NCBI GenBank assembly: GCA_963802965.1
Contig: CAWDKS010000001.1
Location: 202,864 to 266,863 of the forward strand
Origin: an uncultured Verrucomicrobiae bacterium
GTDB taxonomy: Bacteria > Verrucomicrobiota > Verrucomicrobiia > Limisphaerales > UBA11358
Direction of reading: 5' to 3'
Length of the DNA stretch: 64,000 nt
The notes below the pieces were generated by a model that did no database searches, had not been told where the DNA came from, and saw only the letters and a list, made by a program, of their open reading frames with translations. Each line of letters opens with the position of its first letter. Position 1 is the first letter of the stretch. Made by a program: the position numbers and the translations under genes. This document shows, piece after piece, positions 16,227 to 25,279 of the stretch.

Positions 16227-16718
16227 TCTGTCGCGCGAAGCAAAGCAGAGCCGCGCCCCCCGGTCAAAGGATTTTGGGTGACAAAAAGGCCGCGGAGTAT
16301 TTCCTAGACGGTGCTAATTTCAATTTCATTGACTAATTTCCCATGCATCCACCCCAATGTTTATGCCATTTTCGACCATGAAAACATCAATAGACCTTTT
16401 GAGGGATGACAAAACCAACTTCTCCCGGTCTCAATCTCCTTTCCACCATCAGTTCGGTGCTAATTCCGGCACTGTCAAGAGCCTCCATCACTCCAATAAG
16501 CGAGGGTTCGGACTTCGCGCCTTTGTTTATATTCGCAGGGACGAGTTTCTTTTGGGGATAACCAGCGCGTTTCTCGCGTGACTTCTTATCGGAGGACTTT
16601 TTTTGTCCACCTTTTTGCGGACTCGCGGGGGGAATTAAATCGTCAGCCATTTGACATCCTCAAAATATTTGCAAATTTCAAATCGTTTTGGGTGTGTAAT
16701 TAATTTGCTTGAATGCGT

Positions 16719-18389
16719 TCATTGCCAATAGTCCGCAAAATCCACCCACCGATAGAGCCAGTAAGCCCACGGGATGAAAGCGCCCGCGCCCCAATTATTT
16801 GAATTGACGTAGTCATGGACGCCATCGGCCCACCAACCAAAAGCGACAATCGTGTTGGTGGACCCGAAGGGCGTGAAGCCATCGAAGTAGGCCACGTTCG
16901 GGGCGTTTTGCAGCGCGATACTGCGGATTATCTGTCCTTGTTGCTGTTGGTCTGCGTTCTTGCTGGGATAAGTTCCGATCAGAACAATTCCGGCGTTCGG
17001 GCAGTTGGTGCGATAAAAGCTCACCCATGCCGGGAGATAGGTTTGCAAGGTGTTCGTGTTTTCGATGCTTTGCCAGAAGATGATGTCCGGCGACCAGGTC
17101 CGGTAAATGGGGGACGATATGGAGTTTGACACCGCCAGTTCATTATACTCGTAGCTTGAGCTGTTAATCTGCCAGTTGAAAATGAAGCCGTTGGTGATTT
17201 TACTGTTGGTCACGACCCAGTTCACAATCCGGTTCGTGCCATTGCCGGAGTTTTGAAAGTAGAAATCAAGCTGTCTTGGGCCACTGTTGTTGGTCCAAAA
17301 AACGCTCCGGCCGGCCAGCGGACCGGATGCGCCAATGCCGCCCAGGGCAACATTCGTAGGTCCGCCGGCCCCGTTGTTCGTCAGAATATTGAAGGCGCCG
17401 CCGTCTGGCGCTGTGATGTAATCCACTTCAATCGTATCCCATACGAAAGAAGTGTAAAACTGAACGGCGGCGGCATTGTTGGAAAGAACCAGATAACTGC
17501 CATACCAGTTGCCGTCCTTGCCACCCTGTGTGCTGTTTGTGAGAAAAGTGTAGCCGATTTGGTAGTGATCGAGGTAAGCCTGATTGCAGCCGGCGAATGG
17601 CAGGCAGAGGTTGGTCATCAGATAGTCGAGGAAAACGGGGTAGAGCCATGACGCCAGACCCGTGCCATCGAGTTCAATTTTGATGGTCTTGCCGGCGCGC
17701 AATTTGGCAATCGCATTGGTCCACGAGTAACGGTTGACGTTCTGAAAATCGTTCAGCCGGGACGCCTGCTCGAACATCCAGAGATTGGAGTCAAGATTCG
17801 TCTCGTCGGCCGTGCCGAACGCAATTTGAGAAGCCGACACGTTGGTCAGCCCTGCTCCATTGCCGCCGAAGGTTCCCGCCAGCGTTAGGCCGGTTGCGCC
17901 ATTGGTCACCACCGTGGCGGGCAATTGCGCCAGTGGAACCGTGCCGCTCAATTGCGCGGCGGGCAGTGTGCCCAGCAGGTTGCTGGCGCTGTTGGCCATG
18001 ATGGCGTAGGGCACGGACAGAACCGGCTGACGCGGGGAAAGCGTTGTGAACATGCCGCTGCCGTTTGTCCGCACGTCTGCCTGCAGCCAAAGCGCCGGCC
18101 CGCTGAAAACGCCAGCGCCGAAATCCAGCGTCACGGCGAACAGCCCGTTCGTCACCGGCGTGGCGGAATTGGTGACCGGCCCGGCGATGACGTTGCCGGG
18201 ATTGTTGGTTGAATCGTAAATCGTGAACCGCAAATCGTAGATCCCATTGGCGGGGTTGCCACGGTCATTGAGACGGCCTTGATAGCCAAACGCCGTGCCT
18301 TGGGCGAAGACGGTTGAGAGTTGAAGGCTGAGGGTTGAGAACACCGCACACAGCAAGCCGGTTTGAATCAGGTTTCGTTTGGTTTTCAT
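16719..18389 (-). CDS. Secreted protein: tail-fibre-like N-terminal region plus uncharacterised C-terminal domain (possible SGNH-like)
   Basis: Signal peptide MKTKRNLIQTGLLCAVFSTLSLQLSTVFAQG, then FGYQGRLNDRGNPANGIYDLRFTIYDS, a motif type seen at the start of phage-tail-fibre-like proteins. The C-terminus contains WWADGVHDY (a DxxH-like block). The function is unknown. Confidence 0.7.
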   Translation of the reverse strand: MKTKRNLIQTGLLCAVFSTLSLQLSTVFAQGTAFGYQGRLNDRGNPANGIYDLRFTIYDSTNNPGNVIAGPVTNSATPVTNGLFAVTLDFGAGVFSGPALWLQADVRTNGSGMFTTLSPRQPVLSVPYAIMANSASNLLGTLPAAQLSGTVPLAQLPATVVTNGATGLTLAGTFGGNGAGLTNVSASQIAFGTADETNLDSNLWMFEQASRLNDFQNVNRYSWTNAIAKLRAGKTIKIELDGTGLASWLYPVFLDYLMTNLCLPFAGCNQAYLDHYQIGYTFLTNSTQGGKDGNWYGSYLVLSNNAAAVQFYTSFVWDTIEVDYITAPDGGAFNILTNNGAGGPTNVALGGIGASGPLAGRSVFWTNNSGPRQLDFYFQNSGNGTNRIVNWVVTNSKITNGFIFNWQINSSSYEYNELAVSNSISSPIYRTWSPDIIFWQSIENTNTLQTYLPAWVSFYRTNCPNAGIVLIGTYPSKNADQQQQGQIIRSIALQNAPNVAYFDGFTPFGSTNTIVAFGWWADGVHDYVNSNNWGAGAFIPWAYWLYRWVDFADYWQ

Positions 18390-18559
18390 ATCGGCTAAAC
18401 TGATTTTCCGACGCTCTCAATTAAACATCTGCTGAAAATGCGGTCAACAAAATTCCGTCGTAGCGGCCGCCGGCAGACCGCCGCATTTCTCCGGCAAGTT
18501 GAAGGGTGCGGCTCTCCACCGGGAAGCCGCTGCGCCGGTTTTGCGAGGTCGCAGAACGT

Positions 18560-18585
18560 AAAAAGGCCGCGGAAAATTCCGCGGC
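18560..18585 (-). terminator. Rho-independent terminator of the ribosomal-protein operon
   Basis: GCCGCGGAA-aa-TTCCGCGGC palindrome followed on the minus strand by UUUUU, 25 nt after the rplI stop. Confidence 0.7.
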
Positions 18586-18609
18586 TGCGCGAGATGATAA
18601 AATGTCCGG

Positions 18610-19335
18610 TTACTCTGCCTTGGCTGGCTTTTCGACTTTATCAGCTTTGTGAGCTTTCGGGGTTTTCGGAGCCTTGTCAACCTTGTCAATCTTTTCCGCC
18701 TTGGCCGGTTTCTCGACCTTGGCGGTCGTGGGTTTGTGCTCGCTGGCTTCCGCCGCCCCGGACTTTTCGGGTTTTTTGCCTTCGACCTCCCGTCTGGCGT
18801 ATCCGCGTTTTTCGGTCCGTGGCCTTCTGCCTTCCTCGGCCTTCGCCTCGGCGGCGGCTTCCGGTGTGAGCACGGGGGCCGGCGTGAGGCTTTCAACGCG
18901 GACTTTGAGCGTGCCCTTGACCTCGGCGTGCAGGTGCAATTCGATTTCGTGTTCGCCCAGCGCGCGAATCGGGTGTTCGAGATGGATTTTCCGCTTGTCG
19001 AGCGAGATGTCGAACTGGTGTTTCAATTCGTCGGCAATCATGCCGGCGGTCACCGAGCCGAACATCTTGCCGTCCTCGCCCGCCTTCACCTTGACGAGGC
19101 AGATGAGTTTGGCGACGGCCTTGGCGAGTTCGCTCATGGTGTTGAACTCGTGCGCTTCGCGCTCGGCACGGCGCTGCTTGAGCGCCTCGATCTGGCGTTT
19201 GTTGGCCCGCGTGAGCGGAATCGCCAGCCGTTGCGGGAACAGATAGTTGCGCGCGTAACCGGCGGCGACCTTTACCTGGTCGGATTCGGCGCCCAGACCG
19301 ACGATGTTGCTGGCGAGAATGACTTCAGTCTTCAT
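18610..19335 (-). CDS. rplI: 50S ribosomal protein L9 with a roughly 90-aa Lys/Ala/Glu/Pro-rich C-terminal extension
   Basis: MKTEVILASNIVGLGAESDQVKVAAGYARNYLFPQRLA is the L9 N-domain. The tail reads KVEKPAKAEKIDKVDKAPKTPKAHKADKVEKPAKAE. The longer 375-aa track ORF was rejected. Confidence 0.92.
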   Translation of the reverse strand: MKTEVILASNIVGLGAESDQVKVAAGYARNYLFPQRLAIPLTRANKRQIEALKQRRAEREAHEFNTMSELAKAVAKLICLVKVKAGEDGKMFGSVTAGMIADELKHQFDISLDKRKIHLEHPIRALGEHEIELHLHAEVKGTLKVRVESLTPAPVLTPEAAAEAKAEEGRRPRTEKRGYARREVEGKKPEKSGAAEASEHKPTTAKVEKPAKAEKIDKVDKAPKTPKAHKADKVEKPAKAE

Positions 19336-19397
19336 AAATCGTGATGTGTGTGATGCGTGAACAGAATTGCAGCTTGCAGAAAAATCAATTGTGTTCG

Positions 19398-19850
19398 TTA
19401 AAAGGGAACGTCGTCGGCTTCGGGCGGAGGCGCATCGGCATCGGCGGGCGCCGACGCGGGCGCGGCTGCCGGACGCGGCGTGGCCGGCGCGCCTTCGCCG
19501 CCATCGCCACGACCGCCGCCGGAATCCAGGAACTGGAAGTTTTCCAGTACGACGCCGAGTTTGCTTTTCTTCTGTTTGGTCTGCTTGTCTTCCCAGGTGT
19601 CGTAGCGGAGGCGGCCTTCGATCAAGATGGGGCGGCCTTTCTTCAGGTATTGGCCGATGGTTTCGGCGGTTTTGCCGAAGGCGTCCACGTCCACAAAAGT
19701 GACTTCCTCCTTCAACTCGCCGGTTTCGCTTTTCCACTTGCGGTTGCAGGCGACGCCGAGGCGCGCGACCGCCGTGCCTTTGGGCGTGTAGCGCAGTTCA
19801 GGGTCGCGGGTCAGATTTCCGGCGAGGATGACTTTGTTGAAGCTGGCCAT
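19398..19850 (-). CDS. ssb: Single-stranded DNA-binding protein
   Basis: OB fold MASFNKVILAGNLTRDPELRYTPKGTAVARLGVA, a Gly/Pro/Ala-rich linker and the acidic tip ADDVPF. Confidence 0.93.
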   Translation of the reverse strand: MASFNKVILAGNLTRDPELRYTPKGTAVARLGVACNRKWKSETGELKEEVTFVDVDAFGKTAETIGQYLKKGRPILIEGRLRYDTWEDKQTKQKKSKLGVVLENFQFLDSGGGRGDGGEGAPATPRPAAAPASAPADADAPPPEADDVPF

Positions 19851-19880
19851 GGGAAGTTGAGGGTTAAGGGTTGAGAGTTT

Positions 19881-20186
19881 TTATTTGGCGGGTTTGGGTT
19901 CGGGCGACAGTGTGAATAGAACGCGGAAAACCTCCTCGTTCAGCGCGAATTTCGTCCGCAATTGCGCGACGAGGGACGGTGTGCCGGTGAAAATGACGTT
20001 CGCGTAAAAGCCGGCGCTGTGTCGTTTGTCCGCCACGCGCGCAAAATTTTTCCTGTCCACTTTTTGCACGGTCTCGATCTTGCCGCCGGCCGCCGCGATG
20101 TCGGCGGAAATCTTGTCGAGGGCGGCGTTGACGCCTTCTTCCCTGCCTGTCGTGTTCAGGATGAACAGACCTTCGTATCGTTTCAT
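19881..20186 (-). CDS. rpsF: 30S ribosomal protein S6
   Basis: MKRYEGLFILNT...GGKIETVQKVDRKNFAR...GFYANVIFTG. Confidence 0.9.
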   Translation of the reverse strand: MKRYEGLFILNTTGREEGVNAALDKISADIAAAGGKIETVQKVDRKNFARVADKRHSAGFYANVIFTGTPSLVAQLRTKFALNEEVFRVLFTLSPEPKPAK

Positions 20187-20250
20187 TTATTTTTTCAATC
20201 GTTGAAGCGTTAAAGCGATGAAGAGTTGAAGCGGTTTACGCTTCAGCGCT

Positions 20251-20844
20251 TTAACCCTTCAACGCTTCAACCTTTCCGTTAAATTGACTCATTGCCATTT
20301 CAATGCCGTCGGCCAGCCAGCATTCCGCCTGGTCGGCCGCCCGGCCCAAAACTTTTTCCATCACCGCCGCTTCCGCCGCGTCAAAACGGTCCAGCACGTA
20401 ATCCGTGATTTCCCGCGCGCCGTCCTTGCGGCCGATGCCGAGCCGCAACCGCGCAAACGCCTGCGTGCCCAGATGCTGCCCGACGGACTCCAGACCGTGA
20501 TGTCCGCCGCTGCTGCCGCCCGCCCGCAGGCGAATTTCGCCCAGCGGCAAATCCGCATCGTCCACCGCCACCAGCAACTGTTCCGGCGGCAACTGATAAA
20601 AACCCATCACCGCTTTCACCGCCTCGCCGCTCGCATTCATGAACGTCCGCGGCTGGCACAGCAGGACGCGGATGCCGTTGCGTTCGGCGCGCGCGACGCG
20701 GGCATTGAACTTCCGTTCGTTCCGCCAATCCACTTTCCAGCGCGACGCCAGTTTCCCGGCCAGCGAAAACCCGGCATTGTGGCGCGTCTTCGCGTATTCC
20801 GCGCCGGGATTGCCCAGTCCCGCGATGAGATGCCATGACTCCAT
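20251..20844 (-). CDS. pth: Peptidyl-tRNA hydrolase
   Basis: HLIAGLGNPGAEYAKTRHNAGF, RVLLCQPRTFMNASGEAV and VDDADLPLGEIRLRAGGSSGGHHGLES. The start could be the ATG at 20844 or the GTG at 20853. Confidence 0.9.
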   Translation of the reverse strand: MESWHLIAGLGNPGAEYAKTRHNAGFSLAGKLASRWKVDWRNERKFNARVARAERNGIRVLLCQPRTFMNASGEAVKAVMGFYQLPPEQLLVAVDDADLPLGEIRLRAGGSSGGHHGLESVGQHLGTQAFARLRLGIGRKDGAREITDYVLDRFDAAEAAVMEKVLGRAADQAECWLADGIEMAMSQFNGKVEALKG

Positions 20845-20886
20845 GAGCGGCACGGACGGGGCGGTCCTCGCGGGCCACCCGCAAAA

Positions 20887-21726
20887 TCATTTCTTTTTCT
20901 CCGCCGGTTTTGTCCCGGCGGCCTTGTCGGCGGCCTTGGCCGGAGTGGCTGCGCCCTTTTCCGGTGCTTTCGCCGCGCCTTTCTCGGCGCCTTTCTCGGC
21001 GCCCTTGGCCGGGGCCTTTTCGCCGGGCTTGGCGGCGCCTTTTTCGCCCTTCGCCGGCACGGCCCCTTCCTCGCCTTCTTCCTTCTTTTCCTTGATCATC
21101 TCGACATCGCCCGCAGCCACGGCTTCGGTGGTGGCGGTCGCCGCCGCTTCTTCCTCTTCCGAGCGCGGCAGGGCCACCGCAACGACGGGAATTTTTTTGT
21201 CACCCAGAATTTCGACGCCGGCGGGCGCCTTGATTTCGCCGAGGTGAACGGCCTTGCCCAATTCAAGATGGCTGACGTCCACGATGATTTGTTCCGGCAA
21301 ATCCTTGGGCAGGCTGCGGACCTTGAGCTTGAACATGATGTGTTCGAGCACCCCGCCGCCGGTTTTCACACCGGCCGCTTCACCGGTGGTTTCCAGCGGG
21401 ACGTGGACGACGACCTTTTCGTTTTCGGCGACTTCATGGAAATCCACGTGCAACATGTCGCCCTCGAGCGGGTGATGCTGGATTTCCTGCACGAGCGCGA
21501 GGCGTTTGGGGCGGGCGTCGCTTTCGACCGACAAATCCACCAGCACGTTTTCCGAGGCGGAATGGTGGATGAGTTCCCCGAGTTCCTTCGCGTTGACCTC
21601 GAGGTTCTGCGGCTTGGCCTGACGGCCGTAAATGACCGCGGGCACGCGTCCGGCGGCGCGCAATCGTTTGGCTCCGCCCCGGCGCGACAACGCGCGGGGA
21701 TACGCTTTCAACGGCACTGATTTCAT
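20887..21726 (-). CDS. rplY: 50S ribosomal protein L25/Ctc with a Lys/Ala/Glu/Gly/Pro-rich C-terminal tail
   Basis: LRAAGRVPAVIYGRQAKPQNLEV...LVQEIQHHPLEGDMLHVDFHEV. The tail reads GEKGAAKPGEKAPAKGAEKGAEKGAAKAPEKGAA. Confidence 0.9.
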   Translation of the reverse strand: MKSVPLKAYPRALSRRGGAKRLRAAGRVPAVIYGRQAKPQNLEVNAKELGELIHHSASENVLVDLSVESDARPKRLALVQEIQHHPLEGDMLHVDFHEVAENEKVVVHVPLETTGEAAGVKTGGGVLEHIMFKLKVRSLPKDLPEQIIVDVSHLELGKAVHLGEIKAPAGVEILGDKKIPVVAVALPRSEEEEAAATATTEAVAAGDVEMIKEKKEEGEEGAVPAKGEKGAAKPGEKAPAKGAEKGAEKGAAKAPEKGAATPAKAADKAAGTKPAEKKK

Positions 21727-21753
21727 CGTCTAATAAATATGTTGGGCGGCGCC

Positions 21754-22698
21754 TCAACTCGTGCGCCCGCCTTTGAATTCAAACAGCGAGTTCACCGACG
21801 AATTGTTATGAATTCGTTTGATGGCTTCGCCCAAAAGCCCGGCCACCGACAGGGTGACAATCTTCACCCCGTCAATGGCGGGGCGTTGGACTGTATCAGT
21901 TGTAATCAACTCGTCAATCATCGATTTTCGCAATCTTTCGATGCCCACGTCGTTCAAAATGGCATGGGAAACACAGGCCAGAATCCGTTTGGCGCCCTTT
22001 TTCTTCAGCAATGCCGCCGCCGCCGTCAGCGTGCCCGCTGTCTCTGTCAAATCGTCCACCAGCAGGATGTTTTTGCCCTTGATATCGCCGATGACGGCCA
22101 TGGACTCGACCTCCGTCGCGCTTTTGCGCCGCTTGGCCACGATGGCCAGGCCCGCCTCCAGCACCTGCGAATAGGCGTGCGCCATCTTCAACCCGCCCAC
22201 GTCCGGGCTGACCACGACGAGGTCGGTCAGGTGTTTTTTCCTCAAATACTCATACATCACCGGCGCGGCGTAGAGATGGTCCACCGGAATGTCGAAGAAC
22301 CCCTGGATCTGTTGCGCGTGCAAATCCACAGTGAGGATGCGATTCACGCCGGAGGCGACGAGGAGGTTGGCCACGAGCTTGGCGGTGATGGGCACGCGCG
22401 GCTGGTCCTTGCGGTCCTGCCGGGCATAACCGTAAAATGGCAGCACCGCCGTGATGCGCGCCGCGCTCGCCCGCCGCACCGCGTCAATCATGATGAACAT
22501 CTCCATCAGGTTGTGGTTGGTCGGCGGGCAGGTGGATTGGACGATGAACACGTCTTCGCCGCGCACGTTCTCCTCGATTTTTACAAACGTCTCGCCGTCG
22601 GGGAACGGCGAGATTTTGCATTTGCCGAGTTCGATGCCGACGTATTTGCAAATGGCCTGGGCCAGAAGCTCATTGGCGGTGCCGCTGAAAACTTTCAC
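21754..22698 (-). CDS. prs: Ribose-phosphate pyrophosphokinase
   Basis: MKVFSGTANELLAQAI...RGEDVFIVQST...YGYARQDRK, and the PRPP-binding loop NILLVDDLTETAGTL. Confidence 0.93.
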   Translation of the reverse strand: MKVFSGTANELLAQAICKYVGIELGKCKISPFPDGETFVKIEENVRGEDVFIVQSTCPPTNHNLMEMFIMIDAVRRASAARITAVLPFYGYARQDRKDQPRVPITAKLVANLLVASGVNRILTVDLHAQQIQGFFDIPVDHLYAAPVMYEYLRKKHLTDLVVVSPDVGGLKMAHAYSQVLEAGLAIVAKRRKSATEVESMAVIGDIKGKNILLVDDLTETAGTLTAAAALLKKKGAKRILACVSHAILNDVGIERLRKSMIDELITTDTVQRPAIDGVKIVTLSVAGLLGEAIKRIHNNSSVNSLFEFKGGRTS

Positions 22699-22906
22699 GA
22701 GTCAAAATTTTTCTGGTTAAAACGGGCCGTCGTCGCGCCGGAGCGCTTTGCCGCGCCGCGAAGGCGGAAAAACCGCCGCCGGCGGATGAAATTGTGGAGT
22801 GACTTTAACAAGCGACAACGACGGCGCAAGTGAAAACTGGACGCCGGCAATCAACCGTCAACGACCGCCCCGGGTCTGCGGACCGAAACAGGACCGCTCC
22901 GGCAAA

Positions 22907-25279
22907 TCAGGGATTGAAAATCGAGCGATAGAATCGTTGGCTGAATTGGCCCGCGTTGGTGTCCACGAACGTGAAGGGCGCGGTGTTCGTCTGGATCGAA
23001 ACCCAGTTCACGAGATCGGTGGAAGCCTGCACCATATATTTATACCCGGAGGCGCCTGAAACCACAAAGGCATACTGGCGGTTGGTGTAGGCGGTCGAAC
23101 CCAGGGTCGCGGAAGCCGCCGGAGGCACCGTCAAATTGACCGTATTGCTGTTGATTGGCGAAACGTTCCCGCTGATGTCCATCGCATAAGCCTGGACTGT
23201 GTTCGTCCCGGGCTTCAGCAGCACAAGGGCCGCCCAGTTCGTCCACCCGTTGGCCGTCGTCGCCGCCATCCAGCCCGAACCGTTCAACGAATAATACACC
23301 GTCCCTACAGCCACATTGTCACAGGCCTTGCCCGTCACCGTAAACACCGTGTTGCTCACGCGCAAATTCGTCGCAGGTGTCACAAGGCTCATCGTCGGCC
23401 GGGTCACATCCACAAACTTCGCCGTCAACGCCAGGTTGGTCGCCATCGTGAATTGCAGGGTGGCGCGATTGGTCAGCAGATTGCCCGCTCCATCGGTCCA
23501 GTTGGTGAAGGCAAACCCCGACGCCGCATTGGCGGTCATCGTGTAGTTCTCGTTGATGGCCAGCAATGCCCCGTTGTAATTGGGATTGACCGTGCCCCAA
23601 TTGGTGTTGACCGCGCTGAGTCCAACGATCCGCACCGTCAGGGGCAGGCGCACCACGTATTCAAATTTGACGGTGTTGGTGGGCGAGAGATTCCCGCTGG
23701 TGTCCACGGCGTAGGCCTGGAGCGTGTTGGTGCCCGGTGTCAGCGTCAGGCTGGCCGTCCAATTGGTCCAGTTGTTGATGGTGTTGGCGTTGGTCCAAAG
23801 GCCGCCGTTCAACGAATAATACACCGCTCCCACCGCCACGTTGTCGCCGGCCTTGCCCGTCACCGTGAACGTTCCGTTGGTCCATTGCTGGTTCCACGCC
23901 GGGGTCACGATGCTCAATGTCGGCCGGGTCACATCCACAAACTTCGCCGTCAACGCCAGGTTGGTCGCCATTGTGAATTGCAAGGTGGCGCGATTGGTCA
24001 GCAGATTGCCCGCTCCATCGGTCCAGTTGGTGAAGGCAAACCCCGACGCCGCATTGGCGGTCATTGTGTAGTTTTCGTTGATCGCCAGCAATGCCCCGTT
24101 GTAATTGGGATTGACCGTGCCCCAATTGGTGTTGACCGCGCTGAGTCCAACGATCCGCACTGTCAAGGGCATGCGCACCACGTATTCAAATTTGACGGTG
24201 TTGGTGGGGGAGATATTGCCGCTGGTGTCCACGGCGTAGGCTTGGACGGTGTTGGTGCCCGGTGTCAGCGTCACACTGGCTATCCAGTTGGTCCAGTTGT
24301 TGGTTGTCGTTACCGCCATCCAGCTTGAACCGTTCAACGAATAATAAACCGCCCCCACCGCCACGTTGTCGCCGGCCTTGCCCGTCACCGTGAACGTTCC
24401 GTTGGTCCATTGCTGGTTCCACACCGGGGGCACGATGCTCACCGTCGGCTTCTGCACATCCACAAACTTCACCGTCAGCGCCAGGTTCGTCGCCATCGTG
24501 AACTGCAGGGTGGCGCGATTGGTCAGCAGATTGCCCGCTCCATCGGTCCAGTTGGTGAAGGCAAACCCCGACGCCGCACTTGCGGTCATCGTGTAGTTCT
24601 CGTTGATCGCCAGCAATGCCCCGTTGTAATTGGGATTGACCGTGCCCCAATTGGTGTTGACCGCGCTGAGTCCAACGATCCGCACTGTCAAGGGCAGGCG
24701 CACCACGTATTCAAATTTGACGGTGTTGGTGGGCGAGATGTTCCCGCTGGTGTCCACGGCGTAGGCTTGGACGGTGTTGGTGCCCGGTGTCAGCGTCACA
24801 CTGGCTATCCAGTTGGTCCAGTTGTTGATGGTGTTGGCGTTGGTCCAAAGGCCGCCGTTCAACAAATAATAAACCGTCCCCACCGCCACGTTGTCGCCGG
24901 CCTTGCCCGTCACCGTGAACGTTCCGTTGGTCCATTGCTGGTTCCATGTTGGGGTCACGATGCTTACCGTCGGGGGCAGGGGCATGGTGAAGGAAATTTC
25001 ATGGGAAAGCGGACTTTCCAGACCAAAAACGTCAAGCGTTGCGGCCGCAAAGCAGTAAGTGGCTCCTGCAACCAGATTGGAAATGGTCACACTCGTGGTG
25101 TTGCCGGCGAGAACCTTGTTGGTGGAAACGCCTCCCTTAATCCAGAAATAGATGTCGTAGCCCGCGACAACCGGATTCATGTTTGCGTCCCACCCCAATG
25201 TCACATTTCCGGCAAAAGCCGGCAGTTCCATTATCGCAACCAGAATGCCGAAGCGTAAAAAATGTCGGATACTGCGCAT
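22907..25279 (-). CDS. Secreted repeat protein: FN3-like domain, 3.5 modules of (Ig-like + InlB-B-repeat-like) and a conserved C-terminal domain
   Basis: A signal peptide, then an FN3-like segment GNVTLGWDANMNPVVAGYDIYF. A 175-aa module is repeated (VSIVxPxWNQQWTNGTFTVTGKAGDNVAVG...FTNWTDGAGNLLTNRATLQFTM...KFVDV). The C-terminus is YKYMVQASTDLVNWVSIQTN...FYRSI. Confidence 0.85.
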   Translation of the reverse strand: MRSIRHFLRFGILVAIMELPAFAGNVTLGWDANMNPVVAGYDIYFWIKGGVSTNKVLAGNTTSVTISNLVAGATYCFAAATLDVFGLESPLSHEISFTMPLPPTVSIVTPTWNQQWTNGTFTVTGKAGDNVAVGTVYYLLNGGLWTNANTINNWTNWIASVTLTPGTNTVQAYAVDTSGNISPTNTVKFEYVVRLPLTVRIVGLSAVNTNWGTVNPNYNGALLAINENYTMTASAASGFAFTNWTDGAGNLLTNRATLQFTMATNLALTVKFVDVQKPTVSIVPPVWNQQWTNGTFTVTGKAGDNVAVGAVYYSLNGSSWMAVTTTNNWTNWIASVTLTPGTNTVQAYAVDTSGNISPTNTVKFEYVVRMPLTVRIVGLSAVNTNWGTVNPNYNGALLAINENYTMTANAASGFAFTNWTDGAGNLLTNRATLQFTMATNLALTAKFVDVTRPTLSIVTPAWNQQWTNGTFTVTGKAGDNVAVGAVYYSLNGGLWTNANTINNWTNWTASLTLTPGTNTLQAYAVDTSGNLSPTNTVKFEYVVRLPLTVRIVGLSAVNTNWGTVNPNYNGALLAINENYTMTANAASGFAFTNWTDGAGNLLTNRATLQFTMATNLALTAKFVDVTRPTMSLVTPATNLRVSNTVFTVTGKACDNVAVGTVYYSLNGSGWMAATTANGWTNWAALVLLKPGTNTVQAYAMDISGNVSPINSNTVNLTVPPAASATLGSTAYTNRQYAFVVSGASGYKYMVQASTDLVNWVSIQTNTAPFTFVDTNAGQFSQRFYRSIFNP
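23120..24979. repeat. Tandem 525-bp coding repeats (3 full copies plus 1 partial), roughly 95% identical at DNA level
   Basis: The track ORFs at 23316, 23841 and 24366 (and their antisense partners) recur with an exact 525-bp period. Hand comparison of 23453-23760 against 23978-24285 shows only scattered substitutions. Confidence 0.9.

Noticed and set aside
18610-18880. Periodic short repeats that could be mistaken for a CRISPR-like array. A similar region lies at 20890-21100.
   Set aside because: They are in-frame Lys/Ala/Glu/Pro low-complexity tails of L9 and L25. There are no unique spacers of constant length and no cas genes.
18610-19737. A 375-aa version of the rplI ORF extending upstream across ssb.
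   Set aside because: The extra 134 codons overlap ssb, which is in another frame, and are Arg-rich nonsense. The canonical L9 N-terminus MKTEVIL begins at 19335.
23316-24650. Sets of 76-, 93-, 154- and 282-291-aa ORFs recurring on both strands with a 525-bp period.
   Set aside because: They are echoes of the tandem repeat inside the 790-aa surface-protein gene and not independent genes.
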